A stretch of DNA of 63,804 nt, counting the filler, from Candidatus Rokuibacteriota bacterium (GTDB lineage Bacteria > JAUVQV01 > DATDCY01): assembly GCA_031406795.1 (NCBI GenBank). It is 5 parts of 5 records of this genome, joined end to end, with 100 filler letters (N's around TTAATTAATTAA, not from the genome) between each part and the next. Parts side by side here need not be neighbours in the genome. Positions count along the whole stretch, not along the records: positions 32,457 to 53,606 come from JANOHV010000121.1; 4 more parts are not named here. The stretch is one strand, 5' to 3'. The position numbers were made by a program, and so were the translations under genes. Positions 41,727-51,031 of this stretch are shown piece by piece (the stretch's first letter is position 1; each line of letters begins with the position of its first letter). The notes below the pieces were generated by a model that searched no databases, was not told where the DNA came from, and saw only the letters and a list, made by a program, of their open reading frames with translations.

Positions 41727-44700
41727 GTGGGAGAAATCATCGTCGGCCTGGCCGTATTGTTTGCCATCGTTTACGCCATTGCGAAGTTCGCCGCCGGCGG
41801 TGCCGGTGAGCGCGTGAACAACCTGGAAAGCCGCGTCCGGTATCTCGAAGGCGAGATAGGCGAGTTGAAACGGTCCCTCGACGATCTGAGACGCGAGCGA
41901 CTCGACCGTCCGGAACTCCGCACGCCTGCGCCGTCGCCGCCCCCCAGGCCGGATCTGCGCGACTTCGCGCCGCCCCCTGCCGCGGAGCGGGCGCTCCCGG
42001 AGGACGTACCGCGCCCCCGATGGGAGCCCGCCGCTAACCGGCGCCCGCAGGAGCCCGTCGGGATCGCGGCGCGTCGTCCAGATCCGCCTTCGACTGCTCG
42101 CTCCGCGCCGCTACGTGCGCCGTCGCCCGAATCGTTCCTCTCGGGTGTCGATTGGGAGAGCTTCATGGGCGTGAAGCTCTTCGCGTGGCTCGGCGGCTTC
42201 GCGCTCTTCCTCGGCGCCGCGTTCTTCGTGAAGTATTCCATCGAGCACGAGCTGATCAGTCCCCTGATGCGGGTCGCGATCGGCTTTGTCCTCGGTATCG
42301 GGGTGATCGTCGGCGGGCTCCTGCTGCGCCCGCGCGGCTACGCTGTCACGGTGCAGGCGCTCTGTGCCGCCGGCGTGGCGGTGCTGTACGCGGATATCTT
42401 CGCCGCTCGCTCGTTCTACCATTTCATCGGCACCCTCCCCGCATTCGGGCTGATGTCCCTGGTGACCGCAGCGGCGTTTCTACTCGCCCTGCGGCTGGAT
42501 GCGCAGTATGTTTCGGTGCTCGGCCTGATCGGCGGCTTTCTGACGCCGTACCTGCTCTCCACCGGCGAGAACAACCCCGTCGGCCTCTTCGGCTACATTC
42601 TGCTGCTGGACATCGGTCTTCTCGCGGTCGTGCTCAAGACGCGCTGGAGTTTCCTCGTGCCGCTGAGCGTTCTCGGCACGCTCGCGATGGAGGCGGGGTG
42701 GACCGGAAAGTTCTTCACCGCCGACCAGGTCGGCACCGCGATGGTGGTCTGGCTGCTCTTCGCGTTCCTCTATCTCGCCGCCGCGAAGGCCGCGGGGAGG
42801 ATCGGCGCGCGCGATCCCGTTCTCGATCTCGGCGCCGTGGCCCCGGCGCTGGCCGCGATCGGGTTCTCCGGGTACCTCCTGACGGTCGGGGGACTCGGTG
42901 CCCAGCCGGGTTACGTGCTCGGACTGGCCTCGCTCGCGCTTGCCGGCGTCAGCGCGCTCGTTCTTTTCGAACCCGGATTCGAGAGGGCGCACGCCGCGGC
43001 GAGCGCCGCCGCCTTCCTCGTGCTGCTCGCGTGGTTCTCCCGGCATCTGACCGAGGCGCTTCTGCCCTGGGGTCTGGCGTTCATCCTCGTCTTCGCGGTG
43101 CTCACCGCCGTCGTCCCGATCGTGCTGCTGCGGCTGCGACCGTCCGCACCGCCGCTCCGCGGGGCGGCCGCGATCCCGGCACTTGCGGTGCTGCTTTTCG
43201 TGGTGCCGGTGGCGCGCGAAATCACCGGATTCGTCCTCTGGCCGGCGTTGACGCTCGCGGCCGCGGTCGCGCTCGCCGCGGCCTGGATCCTCGGGGAAGC
43301 CGCAGTCGCGGTCGCCGTCGTGATCGCGGTCTTCCTGCCGATGGGCGCGTGGATCGGCACCGCGCACGGGGACCGGGACCTCCCCGGCCTCCTCGGTGTC
43401 GTGGCGTTCTTCTCCGTCGCCCTGTTCGCCGCCGGACTCCTGCGTCTGCGCCGCACCGGAACCCCGCCGCCTCCGGCCCCCGACTGCGGGCGGCCGCTCG
43501 ACGCGCCGGAGGGGCTGCTCTCGTTCGTCGAATTGCCCTCCCTCGCGGCGCTGCTGCCGTTCCTGCTCATCATTGCAGCCGCGCTCGCGCTGCGACCGAC
43601 CGATCCCTCGCCGCTCTTCGGCATCGCGCTGCTGGTGACGGTTCTTCTGCTCGCGCTGGTGCGGCTGCGCTGCGCCGATTTGCCCGGCCTGGCGGCGCTC
43701 CTCGCGACGGCAGTGCTCTGCGCCGCCTGGAACGCTTCGGGCCTCCGGCGGGATGCCCCCTGGCTCCCGTTCGCGTGGTACCTCGGGTTCATCGCGTTGC
43801 ACCTCGTCTTCCCCTTCGTCTTCTCCGGCGCGCTGCGCGAACGCACCGTCCCCTGGATGACGGCCGCCCTCGCCGGTCCGCTGCTCTTCTTCCCGGTCTA
43901 CCAGGCCGCCGTCGCCGCGTTCGGCAAGCAGCTCATCGGCCTGCTCCCCGCGGCGCTCGCGCTGCCGTACCTCGGCGGGCTGCTCTTCATCATCCGGCGC
44001 CTTCCCGCCGGGGGCGAGGCGCGTCTCACGCAGTCGGCGTGGTTCGGCGGGGTGGCGCTGTTCTTCGTCACGCTCGTCTTTCCGCTCCAGTTCTCCAACG
44101 AGTGGCTGTCGGTGGCGTGGGCGCTCGAGGGCGCGGCGCTCGTCTGGCTCTTCCGTCGCGTGCCGCACCCGGGGCTGCTCTGGTGGGGCGCGGGGTTACT
44201 CGCGATCTCGTTTGTCCGCCTGGCGCTCAACCCCGCGGTGATGAGCTACCACCCGCGCGCGGCGACCCCGCTTCTCAACTGGTATCTCTGGGCCTACGGC
44301 CTCGCGGCGCTTGCGCACTTCACGGCGGCGCACCTGCTGCCGCGGGAAGAGTTCCGCGTGCAGGGCATCTCCCTGCGCCCGATGCTGCGCACCCTGGGCA
44401 CCGTGCTCGCCTTTCTGCTCGTGAACATCGAGATCGCGGATTACTTCAGCACCGGCACCGCGCTGACCTTCCGCTTCTCGGGGAGTTTCGCGCTGGATCT
44501 GACGTACTCGCTCGCGTGGGGCGCGTTTGCGCTGGTGCTGCTGGTCGCCGGCATCCGTTCGGGCAGCCGCGGCGTGCGCCTCGCGAGCCTCGGGCTCTTC
44601 GGCGCCACCATCCTCAAAGTCTTCCTGCACGACCTCTGGCGGCTCGGCCAGCTGTATCGCGTCGGGTCGATCGTCGTGCTCGCGGTGCTGCTCATCCTCG

Positions 44701-44810
44701 TGTCCTTCCTCTATCAGCGCTTCCTGGGGCCGGCGACCGCGCGTCCCCCGGCGCCAGCGAAGCAGTCAACGGGGGACGACGCCGATGAAGACGCCGGGGA
44801 GGAGGGTTGA
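41727..44810 (+). CDS. DUF2339 large multi-pass membrane protein
   Basis: WESFMGVKLFAWLGG..L.LG..FFVKYSIE, LIGGFLTP.LLSTG and a C-terminal KVFL.DL..L..LYR. Confidence 0.88.
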   Translation: MGEIIVGLAVLFAIVYAIAKFAAGGAGERVNNLESRVRYLEGEIGELKRSLDDLRRERLDRPELRTPAPSPPPRPDLRDFAPPPAAERALPEDVPRPRWEPAANRRPQEPVGIAARRPDPPSTARSAPLRAPSPESFLSGVDWESFMGVKLFAWLGGFALFLGAAFFVKYSIEHELISPLMRVAIGFVLGIGVIVGGLLLRPRGYAVTVQALCAAGVAVLYADIFAARSFYHFIGTLPAFGLMSLVTAAAFLLALRLDAQYVSVLGLIGGFLTPYLLSTGENNPVGLFGYILLLDIGLLAVVLKTRWSFLVPLSVLGTLAMEAGWTGKFFTADQVGTAMVVWLLFAFLYLAAAKAAGRIGARDPVLDLGAVAPALAAIGFSGYLLTVGGLGAQPGYVLGLASLALAGVSALVLFEPGFERAHAAASAAAFLVLLAWFSRHLTEALLPWGLAFILVFAVLTAVVPIVLLRLRPSAPPLRGAAAIPALAVLLFVVPVAREITGFVLWPALTLAAAVALAAAWILGEAAVAVAVVIAVFLPMGAWIGTAHGDRDLPGLLGVVAFFSVALFAAGLLRLRRTGTPPPPAPDCGRPLDAPEGLLSFVELPSLAALLPFLLIIAAALALRPTDPSPLFGIALLVTVLLLALVRLRCADLPGLAALLATAVLCAAWNASGLRRDAPWLPFAWYLGFIALHLVFPFVFSGALRERTVPWMTAALAGPLLFFPVYQAAVAAFGKQLIGLLPAALALPYLGGLLFIIRRLPAGGEARLTQSAWFGGVALFFVTLVFPLQFSNEWLSVAWALEGAALVWLFRRVPHPGLLWWGAGLLAISFVRLALNPAVMSYHPRAATPLLNWYLWAYGLAALAHFTAAHLLPREEFRVQGISLRPMLRTLGTVLAFLLVNIEIADYFSTGTALTFRFSGSFALDLTYSLAWGAFALVLLVAGIRSGSRGVRLASLGLFGATILKVFLHDLWRLGQLYRVGSIVVLAVLLILVSFLYQRFLGPATARPPAPAKQSTGDDADEDAGEEG

Positions 44811-44811
44811 C

Positions 44812-46827
44812 GTGCGGCCGCCCCTCGACCGCGACAGGTTCCGCCTGAAGAGACTCGCGCGCTCCGCGTCGTTCGCCGCCGCGGTTGTCCTCGCCCTCAG
44901 AGTCGCTTCCGCGGCCGCACTCCCCCCGGCCTGGGAGTGGTCGCAGGAAATTTTCGTGCCGGGGAGCGGACTCGCCGAACTCCGGCTCCCCCTTGCGACA
45001 CTCGACCGCGCCGCCCCGCTCCAGGAAGACCTGCGGATCCTCGACGCGACGGGCGCGGAGGTCCCGTACCTGCTCGTGGTCGGCACGCCGCCCGAGGAGC
45101 CGCGCACGTTCGCGGCCGTCGAGGTTTCCCAGCAGCTTCAGGCCGAGAGCCTCGTCGGCGTGTGGCGCGTCGCCTCGGAGCGGGCGATCGACCTGGTCGT
45201 CCTGCTCACCCCGGCGCGGGATCTGGTCAAGGCGGTGACCGTCGAGTCTTCCGTTGACCGGATCACCTGGCGCGTGCTCGCCGCCCGCGTTCCGGTGTTC
45301 CGCCAGCCCGACGGGGCGGCGCAGCTCGCGGTGCGGCTCCCCGGCGGCATCTACCCCTATCTGCGGGTGAGTATCGACGACGCGCGGGAGCGACCCGTCC
45401 CGATCACGGGGCTCGAGGTGCGCACGACTGCGCGCGACCCGGAGGGGCTGGAGACTCTCCCGGTGGCCGCACGCCTTCTCTCCTCGTCCGGGGGGAGAAG
45501 CCGGTACCAGCTTGAACTGCCGGGACGCCACTTCCCGCTGCACCGTCTGGAGATCCGCCCCGAGGACCCGCTGTTCGCCCGCGCGGTCACGCTCGCGGAG
45601 CGCACCGTCTCCGGGGGGGAGGTGCGCGAGAAGACGCTCGGCCGCGGCCGCATCCACCGCCTGGGCGACGGCGCTGACCGCGCCGAGGTGCTCTCGCTGC
45701 CCGTCTCCGTCCGCAGTATCGGCGCGCGCCAGCTGGTGCTCGCCGTCGACGACGGGGACAGCCCGCCGCTCACGCTGCGCGCCCCGCTCGTCCTGCATCT
45801 CCCCCCCGTGGCATTGCGCTTTGCGGCGCGCGGCGGCGAACGCTACACGCTCGTCGCGGGCAACCGCGCCGCGACCGCACCGCGTTACGACCTCGAAGCC
45901 GTGCCCGGGCTCGCGGGGCGCGCAGCCGCGGTCCGCGCGAGTCTTGGTCCGCTGCAGCGCAACCACGGCTTCGCGCCTCCGGTGCCGGCTCCCGGCATTC
46001 CGGCCGCGGGGGGCGCCATCGATCCCGCGCGCTGGCGGCACGCGCGCAAGCTCACGACCGTGGCCGGCGCGGTCGCGGCTCTCGAGATCCCCCCCGAGGT
46101 GCTCGCCGAAGCGCCGGGGCTCGCCGACCTGCGCCTCGCCGACGGGCTGACGCAGGTCCCGTACGTCCTCGACCGCGAGTGGCTGGAGCGCTCCGCCCCG
46201 GTCGCGCTGACGGCGCTGCCCTCGGACCGAGACTCGCGGATCAGCCGCCACCGGCTGGAGTTGCCCCACCCGGGCCTGCCGCTGACCGATCTCGTCTGCA
46301 CGGCAACCGGCGCGACCTTTCAGCGCTCCGTGGTGCTGTACGAGGAGGGGGTGCCCGGCGAAGGCGGCAGGCGCGCCATCGCCGGGAGCACGTGGCAGCG
46401 CCGCGAGGCGCAGCCGGGGGCTACGCGTTTCGCGATTCCGCTGCGCGCCGCGCGCCGCGGTCCCCTCGTGCTCGAGATCGACGAGGGCGACAACGCGCCG
46501 CTCCCGCTCGTCGGCTGCGAGATCCGGTGGCAGAGCCCGCGCTTGCTTTTCAAGGCGCTGCCGGGGCAGCAGCTCGCCCTGCTCTACGGCAACGCGGCCG
46601 CCGCGCCGCCACGCTACGATCTCGCCCTCGCGGCCGACGAAATGCTCGCCGCGGACGCGCGTCCCGCGACGCTTGCCGCGGCGGTCGACCCGCCTCGCGG
46701 CGCGCCTGCGCTCGCGCTGCCCGCAGGGTGGGGCGGCGGCGTCTTCTGGGGGGTGCTCGTCCTCGTGGTCGGGGTGCTGGTCGCCGTGATCGCCAGGCTG
46801 CTGCCGGAGGGCAAGCCGCCCGCCTGA
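44812..46827 (+). CDS. DUF3999-like exported protein with C-terminal TM anchor (two internal repeats)
   Basis: Twice DLR....VPY, D.GD..PL and GN.AA..PRYDL; follows DUF2339. Start uncertain. Confidence 0.72.
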   Translation: MRPPLDRDRFRLKRLARSASFAAAVVLALRVASAAALPPAWEWSQEIFVPGSGLAELRLPLATLDRAAPLQEDLRILDATGAEVPYLLVVGTPPEEPRTFAAVEVSQQLQAESLVGVWRVASERAIDLVVLLTPARDLVKAVTVESSVDRITWRVLAARVPVFRQPDGAAQLAVRLPGGIYPYLRVSIDDARERPVPITGLEVRTTARDPEGLETLPVAARLLSSSGGRSRYQLELPGRHFPLHRLEIRPEDPLFARAVTLAERTVSGGEVREKTLGRGRIHRLGDGADRAEVLSLPVSVRSIGARQLVLAVDDGDSPPLTLRAPLVLHLPPVALRFAARGGERYTLVAGNRAATAPRYDLEAVPGLAGRAAAVRASLGPLQRNHGFAPPVPAPGIPAAGGAIDPARWRHARKLTTVAGAVAALEIPPEVLAEAPGLADLRLADGLTQVPYVLDREWLERSAPVALTALPSDRDSRISRHRLELPHPGLPLTDLVCTATGATFQRSVVLYEEGVPGEGGRRAIAGSTWQRREAQPGATRFAIPLRAARRGPLVLEIDEGDNAPLPLVGCEIRWQSPRLLFKALPGQQLALLYGNAAAAPPRYDLALAADEMLAADARPATLAAAVDPPRGAPALALPAGWGGGVFWGVLVLVVGVLVAVIARLLPEGKPPA

Positions 46828-46899
46828 CGGGCCAGCATTCTTGACAATGGCCGGGTTTTCCCGGCATATGCCTCTAGCATCGGGAGACTTGAACCGCCA

Positions 46900-47646
46900 A
46901 TGGCCACCTGGGTACTGCGTCTGATCGTGCTGAACACGGGGGTCTTCCTCTTCACGGCCGTCAACCCTCATCTGCTGGGCCGGCTGGCCTTCGTGCCCCG
47001 GTTCGCCCTGATCCAGCCCTGGACCATCGTCACCTATCAGTTCGCGCACGCCGGGATCGGCCACCTGCTGTTCAACATGCTCGGCCTCTATTTTTTCGGC
47101 TCGCGGCTCGAGGAGCATCTCGGCTCCCGGCACTTCCTGGGGCTGTACTTCGCGAGCGGCGTCGCCGGAGCCCTGCTGTCGTTCCTGAACTTCAACACGC
47201 CGATCATCGGCGCCTCGGCCGCAGTCTTCGGGGTCTTCCTCGGTTTCGCGCGCTACTGGCCGCGCGAGCGGGTCTATATCTGGGGCATCCTCCCCGTGGA
47301 GGCGCGGGTGCTCGTGGTGGTCATGACCGTCCTCGCGCTCTTCGGCGGTTTCGGCATCGGCGGGGGCGGCATCGCCCACTTCGCGCACCTCGGCGGCTTC
47401 ATCGGCGGCTGGGTCTATCTGCGCTGGGTGGGGTGGAGTTCGCCGGCGGCGCGCTTTCAGCGCCGCGCGGCAGCGCCGGCAGTGCGCCGGGGGGATCTCG
47501 AGCGTTGGCGAAGCACGGACCGGGAAGCCTTGCACCCGATCAACCGCGCCGAGTTCGACCGCGTCATGGCCAAGCTCGGGGCCGAGGGCCCGGGAAGCCT
47601 GACGAGCGAAGAGCGTGCGCTGCTCAATCGGTTCGCGCCGGAGTGA
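46900..47646 (+). CDS. Rhomboid intramembrane serine protease
   Basis: HLLFNM, GASA and AHFAHLGG; small C-terminal domain ending GSLT.EER..L. Confidence 0.92.
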   Translation: MATWVLRLIVLNTGVFLFTAVNPHLLGRLAFVPRFALIQPWTIVTYQFAHAGIGHLLFNMLGLYFFGSRLEEHLGSRHFLGLYFASGVAGALLSFLNFNTPIIGASAAVFGVFLGFARYWPRERVYIWGILPVEARVLVVVMTVLALFGGFGIGGGGIAHFAHLGGFIGGWVYLRWVGWSSPAARFQRRAAAPAVRRGDLERWRSTDREALHPINRAEFDRVMAKLGAEGPGSLTSEERALLNRFAPE

Positions 47647-47718
47647 TCGCGGCGGGGAAGTGGCTGCGGGCCGCCTTCGAACAGGCGGGGATCCCCTGCC
47701 GGATGTGGTGAGGTCACG

Positions 47719-48858
47719 GTGCCAAACGTGGAGTTGACGATCTATCGCCGCCTGCAGAGGCATCTCGACAATCAGGCTGTCGGCTTCCCCAAGGCCTGGT
47801 CGGGCGCCGACATCCGTTTGCTCAAGAGATTGTTCTCTCCCGATGAGGCGAGGGTCGCTCTCCAGCTCTCCTGCAAGCCGACGCCGGAGAGACTGATTTT
47901 CGAGCGCGCAGCGTCCGCATTCTCCGAAGAACAAACCGGACGCCTGCTCGAGACCATGTTCATGAAAGGCGCCATCGGCCGGAAGGAGAAAGACGGGATC
48001 GCTCACTGGCAGCTCGTGCCGCTCGTGGTCGGCATGTATGAGAATCAGGACGGCAGTCCGTCTCCGGAGTTTCTGCACGATGCCTTCGCCTATTTCAAGA
48101 CCCTGAGCTATTCGGCGGCGTTTCTTGCGGTCAAACCCTCCCAGATGCGGACTATCCCGATCAATCAAAGCGTGTCCGTCGAACACTACGTCGCCACGTA
48201 CGATCAGATCCTCGGCATTGTTGACGCCTCCCCGGGTCCGTTCGTCGTGCTGCCCTGCATTTGCCGCAGGAGCAAGGCGATGAGCAGCAAACCTTGTGCG
48301 AAGACTTCGCGCGAGGAGACCTGCCTCGCCTTTGGCGACATGGCCAGGATGGTCCTGCGCCGCAAACACTGCCGCGAAGTGACCCGGGACGAAGTGCTGG
48401 AGATCCTCCGGCAGAACGAGCTCGACGGTCTCGTCCTGCAGCCGGCCAACGCCCGGCAGCCGGAATTCGTCTGCTCCTGCTGCGGATGCTGCTGCGGGAT
48501 GCTCTCATACCAGAAGCGGCTGCCGCACCCGGTCGATTTCTGGGCGAGCACCTATCGCGCCGAGGTCTCCGCCGCCGCGTGTACGCAGTGCGGCACCTGC
48601 GTCTCCCGCTGCCAGGTGGGCGCGGTCACGCTTTCCGGTCGATCCGGCGAGGCGACGATCAACCCGAGCAGATGCATCGGTTGCGGCCTGTGCGTTCCAA
48701 CCTGCCCGTCGGCTGCAGTCCGTCTGGAAAGAAAGGAATCCGAACCGGTCCCACCCGTGAACGAAGAGGACCTCTATGACCAGGTCATGCACAACAAGAA
48801 GGGCGCGGTGGCACGGCTGATGATACTGTTGAAAACAGCCTTGAAATTGAAGCCGTGA
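47719..48858 (+). CDS. 4Fe-4S dicluster-domain protein
   Basis: CICR, CSCCGCCC, CTQCGTCVSRC and CIGCGLCVPTCP. Confidence 0.88.
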   Translation: MPNVELTIYRRLQRHLDNQAVGFPKAWSGADIRLLKRLFSPDEARVALQLSCKPTPERLIFERAASAFSEEQTGRLLETMFMKGAIGRKEKDGIAHWQLVPLVVGMYENQDGSPSPEFLHDAFAYFKTLSYSAAFLAVKPSQMRTIPINQSVSVEHYVATYDQILGIVDASPGPFVVLPCICRRSKAMSSKPCAKTSREETCLAFGDMARMVLRRKHCREVTRDEVLEILRQNELDGLVLQPANARQPEFVCSCCGCCCGMLSYQKRLPHPVDFWASTYRAEVSAAACTQCGTCVSRCQVGAVTLSGRSGEATINPSRCIGCGLCVPTCPSAAVRLERKESEPVPPVNEEDLYDQVMHNKKGAVARLMILLKTALKLKP

Positions 48859-49173
48859 GCAGGCAAGCGAACGCTTCGAAGGGAGGCTCACGACCCGCAG
48901 GGACGCGTCGCGCGCAATCGGGAAGATTTCATACGGGTCGAGCCCCTGGCTCCGGGCGAGGCCCTGAGTCCCTCGCGGAAGCCCTCGGTGGCGATCACGT
49001 CGGTGTTCGTCTGCTTTCTCCCCCGCCGGGGAGTTTCAGGAAAGACTTGAATTGTCCTGATTTGTTCTTGGAAATCAGGTGGTTGTCTTTCATGGTAGAA
49101 GAGCCTAGCACAAATTGGCATGCGAAATATCTACTTGGATGCGGATAGCATTCGTGTGTTAGCGGCCATCAGA

Positions 49174-49370
49174 GGGTTTTCGCCCGGATCTGGCTCCTGA
49201 GTGGGAAAGCGTACCCGGTAATTTATTCTAGCAGCAGGATGCTCGCCTTTGACGAGGAATCTAAGTGCGGGACCACGGCCCGTCAAGGCATTATCTCCGG
49301 GGATCAGCCCGGGGAACATGGCATTCAGGAGCCGGGGACGGTAGAGCCCCACCGGTTCTTCAAGCCGGTG
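49174..49370 (+). ncRNA. Candidate structured ncRNA (unassigned)
   Basis: Nested stems with G-U-type mismatches: 49174-84/49340-49, 49189-203/49322-36 and 49245-54/49281-89; 3' hairpin CACCGG/CCGGTG. Confidence 0.4.
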
Positions 49371-49392
49371 CATGCCATCGAACGCATTCCGC

Positions 49393-49824
49393 CTATTTCG
49401 CCCCGCCCAATCTCAGAAAAGATTCATGATGGCCCGGTTCGAGGTGAGCCATATACTGGACAATATCGAAACTGGTCAGCATTCCCACAGGCCAGCGAGT
49501 GCCGACATGCGGGTCCACGATGATCAGGTGATAGTGTTTCAGCTTCTTCATGAGTTCAATGGCCTTCTCAACCGGCCATTGGGGGTCAACCTCCATCCGG
49601 TAAGGCCTCATGATCTGAGAGGCCTCAACGGTATCCACATCATCCCGATAGTGGGCCAGGAGCTCCATGTACGTTATCAGCCCCCACACCTCGCCGTTTT
49701 CATTGACGACTACCACAGACCTGAACTGATTGTCGTCCAGCATGGCGGCGACATTCCGCAGGCTCTCCTTGGACGAGCAGGTAATCACTCCCTTATGCAT
49801 GATGTCGCAGACACGAACGCTCAT
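49393..49824 (-). CDS. CBS-pair protein
   Basis: 143 aa; V.DIM..VITC, VWGLIT..EL and VGMLTSFDIV. Confidence 0.85.
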   Translation of the reverse strand: MSVRVCDIMHKGVITCSSKESLRNVAAMLDDNQFRSVVVVNENGEVWGLITYMELLAHYRDDVDTVEASQIMRPYRMEVDPQWPVEKAIELMKKLKHYHLIIVDPHVGTRWPVGMLTSFDIVQYMAHLEPGHHESFLRLGGAK

Positions 49825-50225
49825 CTGCCTTCGCTCTTTTCGTCTCGCGCGATGCTCCTGACAATATCCTTTGCGTCCAGAATGCCGAGCACGGAGCGGT
49901 TGGTTGGTGGATCACCGACAACGATGAGATGCTCTCTCCTGTTCTTCGTCATGAGCGCAATCGCCGCCGGCAACGGCGTGGCCGGGGTCGTGGTGAAGGA
50001 ATGCGACTGGAGAATGTCCTTGGCTCGTACGGCATCAAGATCCTTGTCGTAAGCTCGAAGAATACTGTCTGCAGATATCATTCCCTGGACTTCGCATTTC
50101 TTGTTGATGACCACGCAGTACCTCAGGCGATTCACGACCATGATCTGGGCAACGCTGCGAACACTCATTTCCTCATTGCAGGTCATTGCCCCTCTTCGCA
50201 TCAGATGCTTCACCAGTTCAGCCAT
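49821..50225 (-). CDS. CBS-pair protein
   Basis: 134 aa; VKHLM, GMISADSI and LGILDAKDIV; AGGAG RBS; overlaps the next gene. Confidence 0.85.
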   Translation of the reverse strand: MAELVKHLMRRGAMTCNEEMSVRSVAQIMVVNRLRYCVVINKKCEVQGMISADSILRAYDKDLDAVRAKDILQSHSFTTTPATPLPAAIALMTKNRREHLIVVGDPPTNRSVLGILDAKDIVRSIARDEKSEGR

Positions 50226-50442
50226 GATGATTGTTTTGCTCCTTGCTAATGGTGTGGATCATGGGAAGCCTGCGAAGACATGTGCATTGAAATCTTCTTG
50301 CCTGTATCCGCAGACAGTAGAGTCTTTTGCAGAAGACTACAACAGGGAATTCCCTTCGTCATCGGGCGGCAGGCCAGGGCCCGCCGCGACCCAAAGCGCG
50401 GCGGGCGCCTTCCAATTGAGCCGCGCCGGCGCCCGGTGAAGA

Positions 50443-50627
50443 TCACTTGACCCAGGGCAGGTACTCAAGTTCAGTCGGTGTGTGTCTCATCGCGGGCGTG
50501 GCTGGCGGCGGCCGCGGCTCGTCCCACAGTGACAGGTGCGTGAGCGTGCGCGCAAGACGCGCTGATCCTCGATGAACGCAACGATGCGCATCGCACCGCC
50601 GCAGTCCGGGCAGACCAGCGGGTCGGC
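50443..50627 (-). mobile_element. Degenerate IS91-family transposase C-terminal remnant
   Basis: Hand translation ADPLVCPDCGGAMRIVAFIEDQRV, then a frameshift to THLSLWDEPRPPP...ELEYLPWVK*. Confidence 0.65.
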
Positions 50628-50956
50628 CGCCCCGCGCAGATCCGCGACCTACCGCTCCGCAACCCCCCGGCCCGGGAAGGCGGCGGAGTCGACGTAGGAC
50701 CTGAAGTAGGCGGAAATCTCCTCGTCCAGCAGCCAGAGCTCGGCGTCCGGGTCGCCCCCGCGCGCGGCGAGGTCGCTGTAGAGCCGGCGGAAGGTCTCGA
50801 GGTGCTGGAATTCCCGGTCCTTGAGGGTGGCGAAGAGCTGCTGCAGCTGCGGATCGCCGCTGCGCTCTTTGGCCACCCGTAGAACCGGATGCCCTCCTCC
50901 TCCATCATGAGGGCCACTTCGGCCGCTTCGAGAAGGCTGAAGTTCTGCATGCTCAT
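50628..50956 (-). pseudogene. Rubrerythrin/ferritin-like protein pseudogene
   Basis: ALMMEEEGIRFY, a -1 frameshift near 50877, LF..L.DREFQH..TF, an internal TAG at 50649, and truncation at the IS91-like sequence. Confidence 0.75.
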
Positions 50957-51031
50957 GTCTGCGCTCCCCGCCTGGTTGGCCCGTGCGCCGCCGGGCGCCT
51001 CATGGCGTTCTCCTGCTGGCGTTCGCGAATG

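Noticed and set aside
50649-50651. In-frame TAG near a RamA gene as possible pyrrolysine codon
   Set aside because: The same gene is frameshifted and truncated, so nonsense decay is simpler; no pyl genes are in the window.
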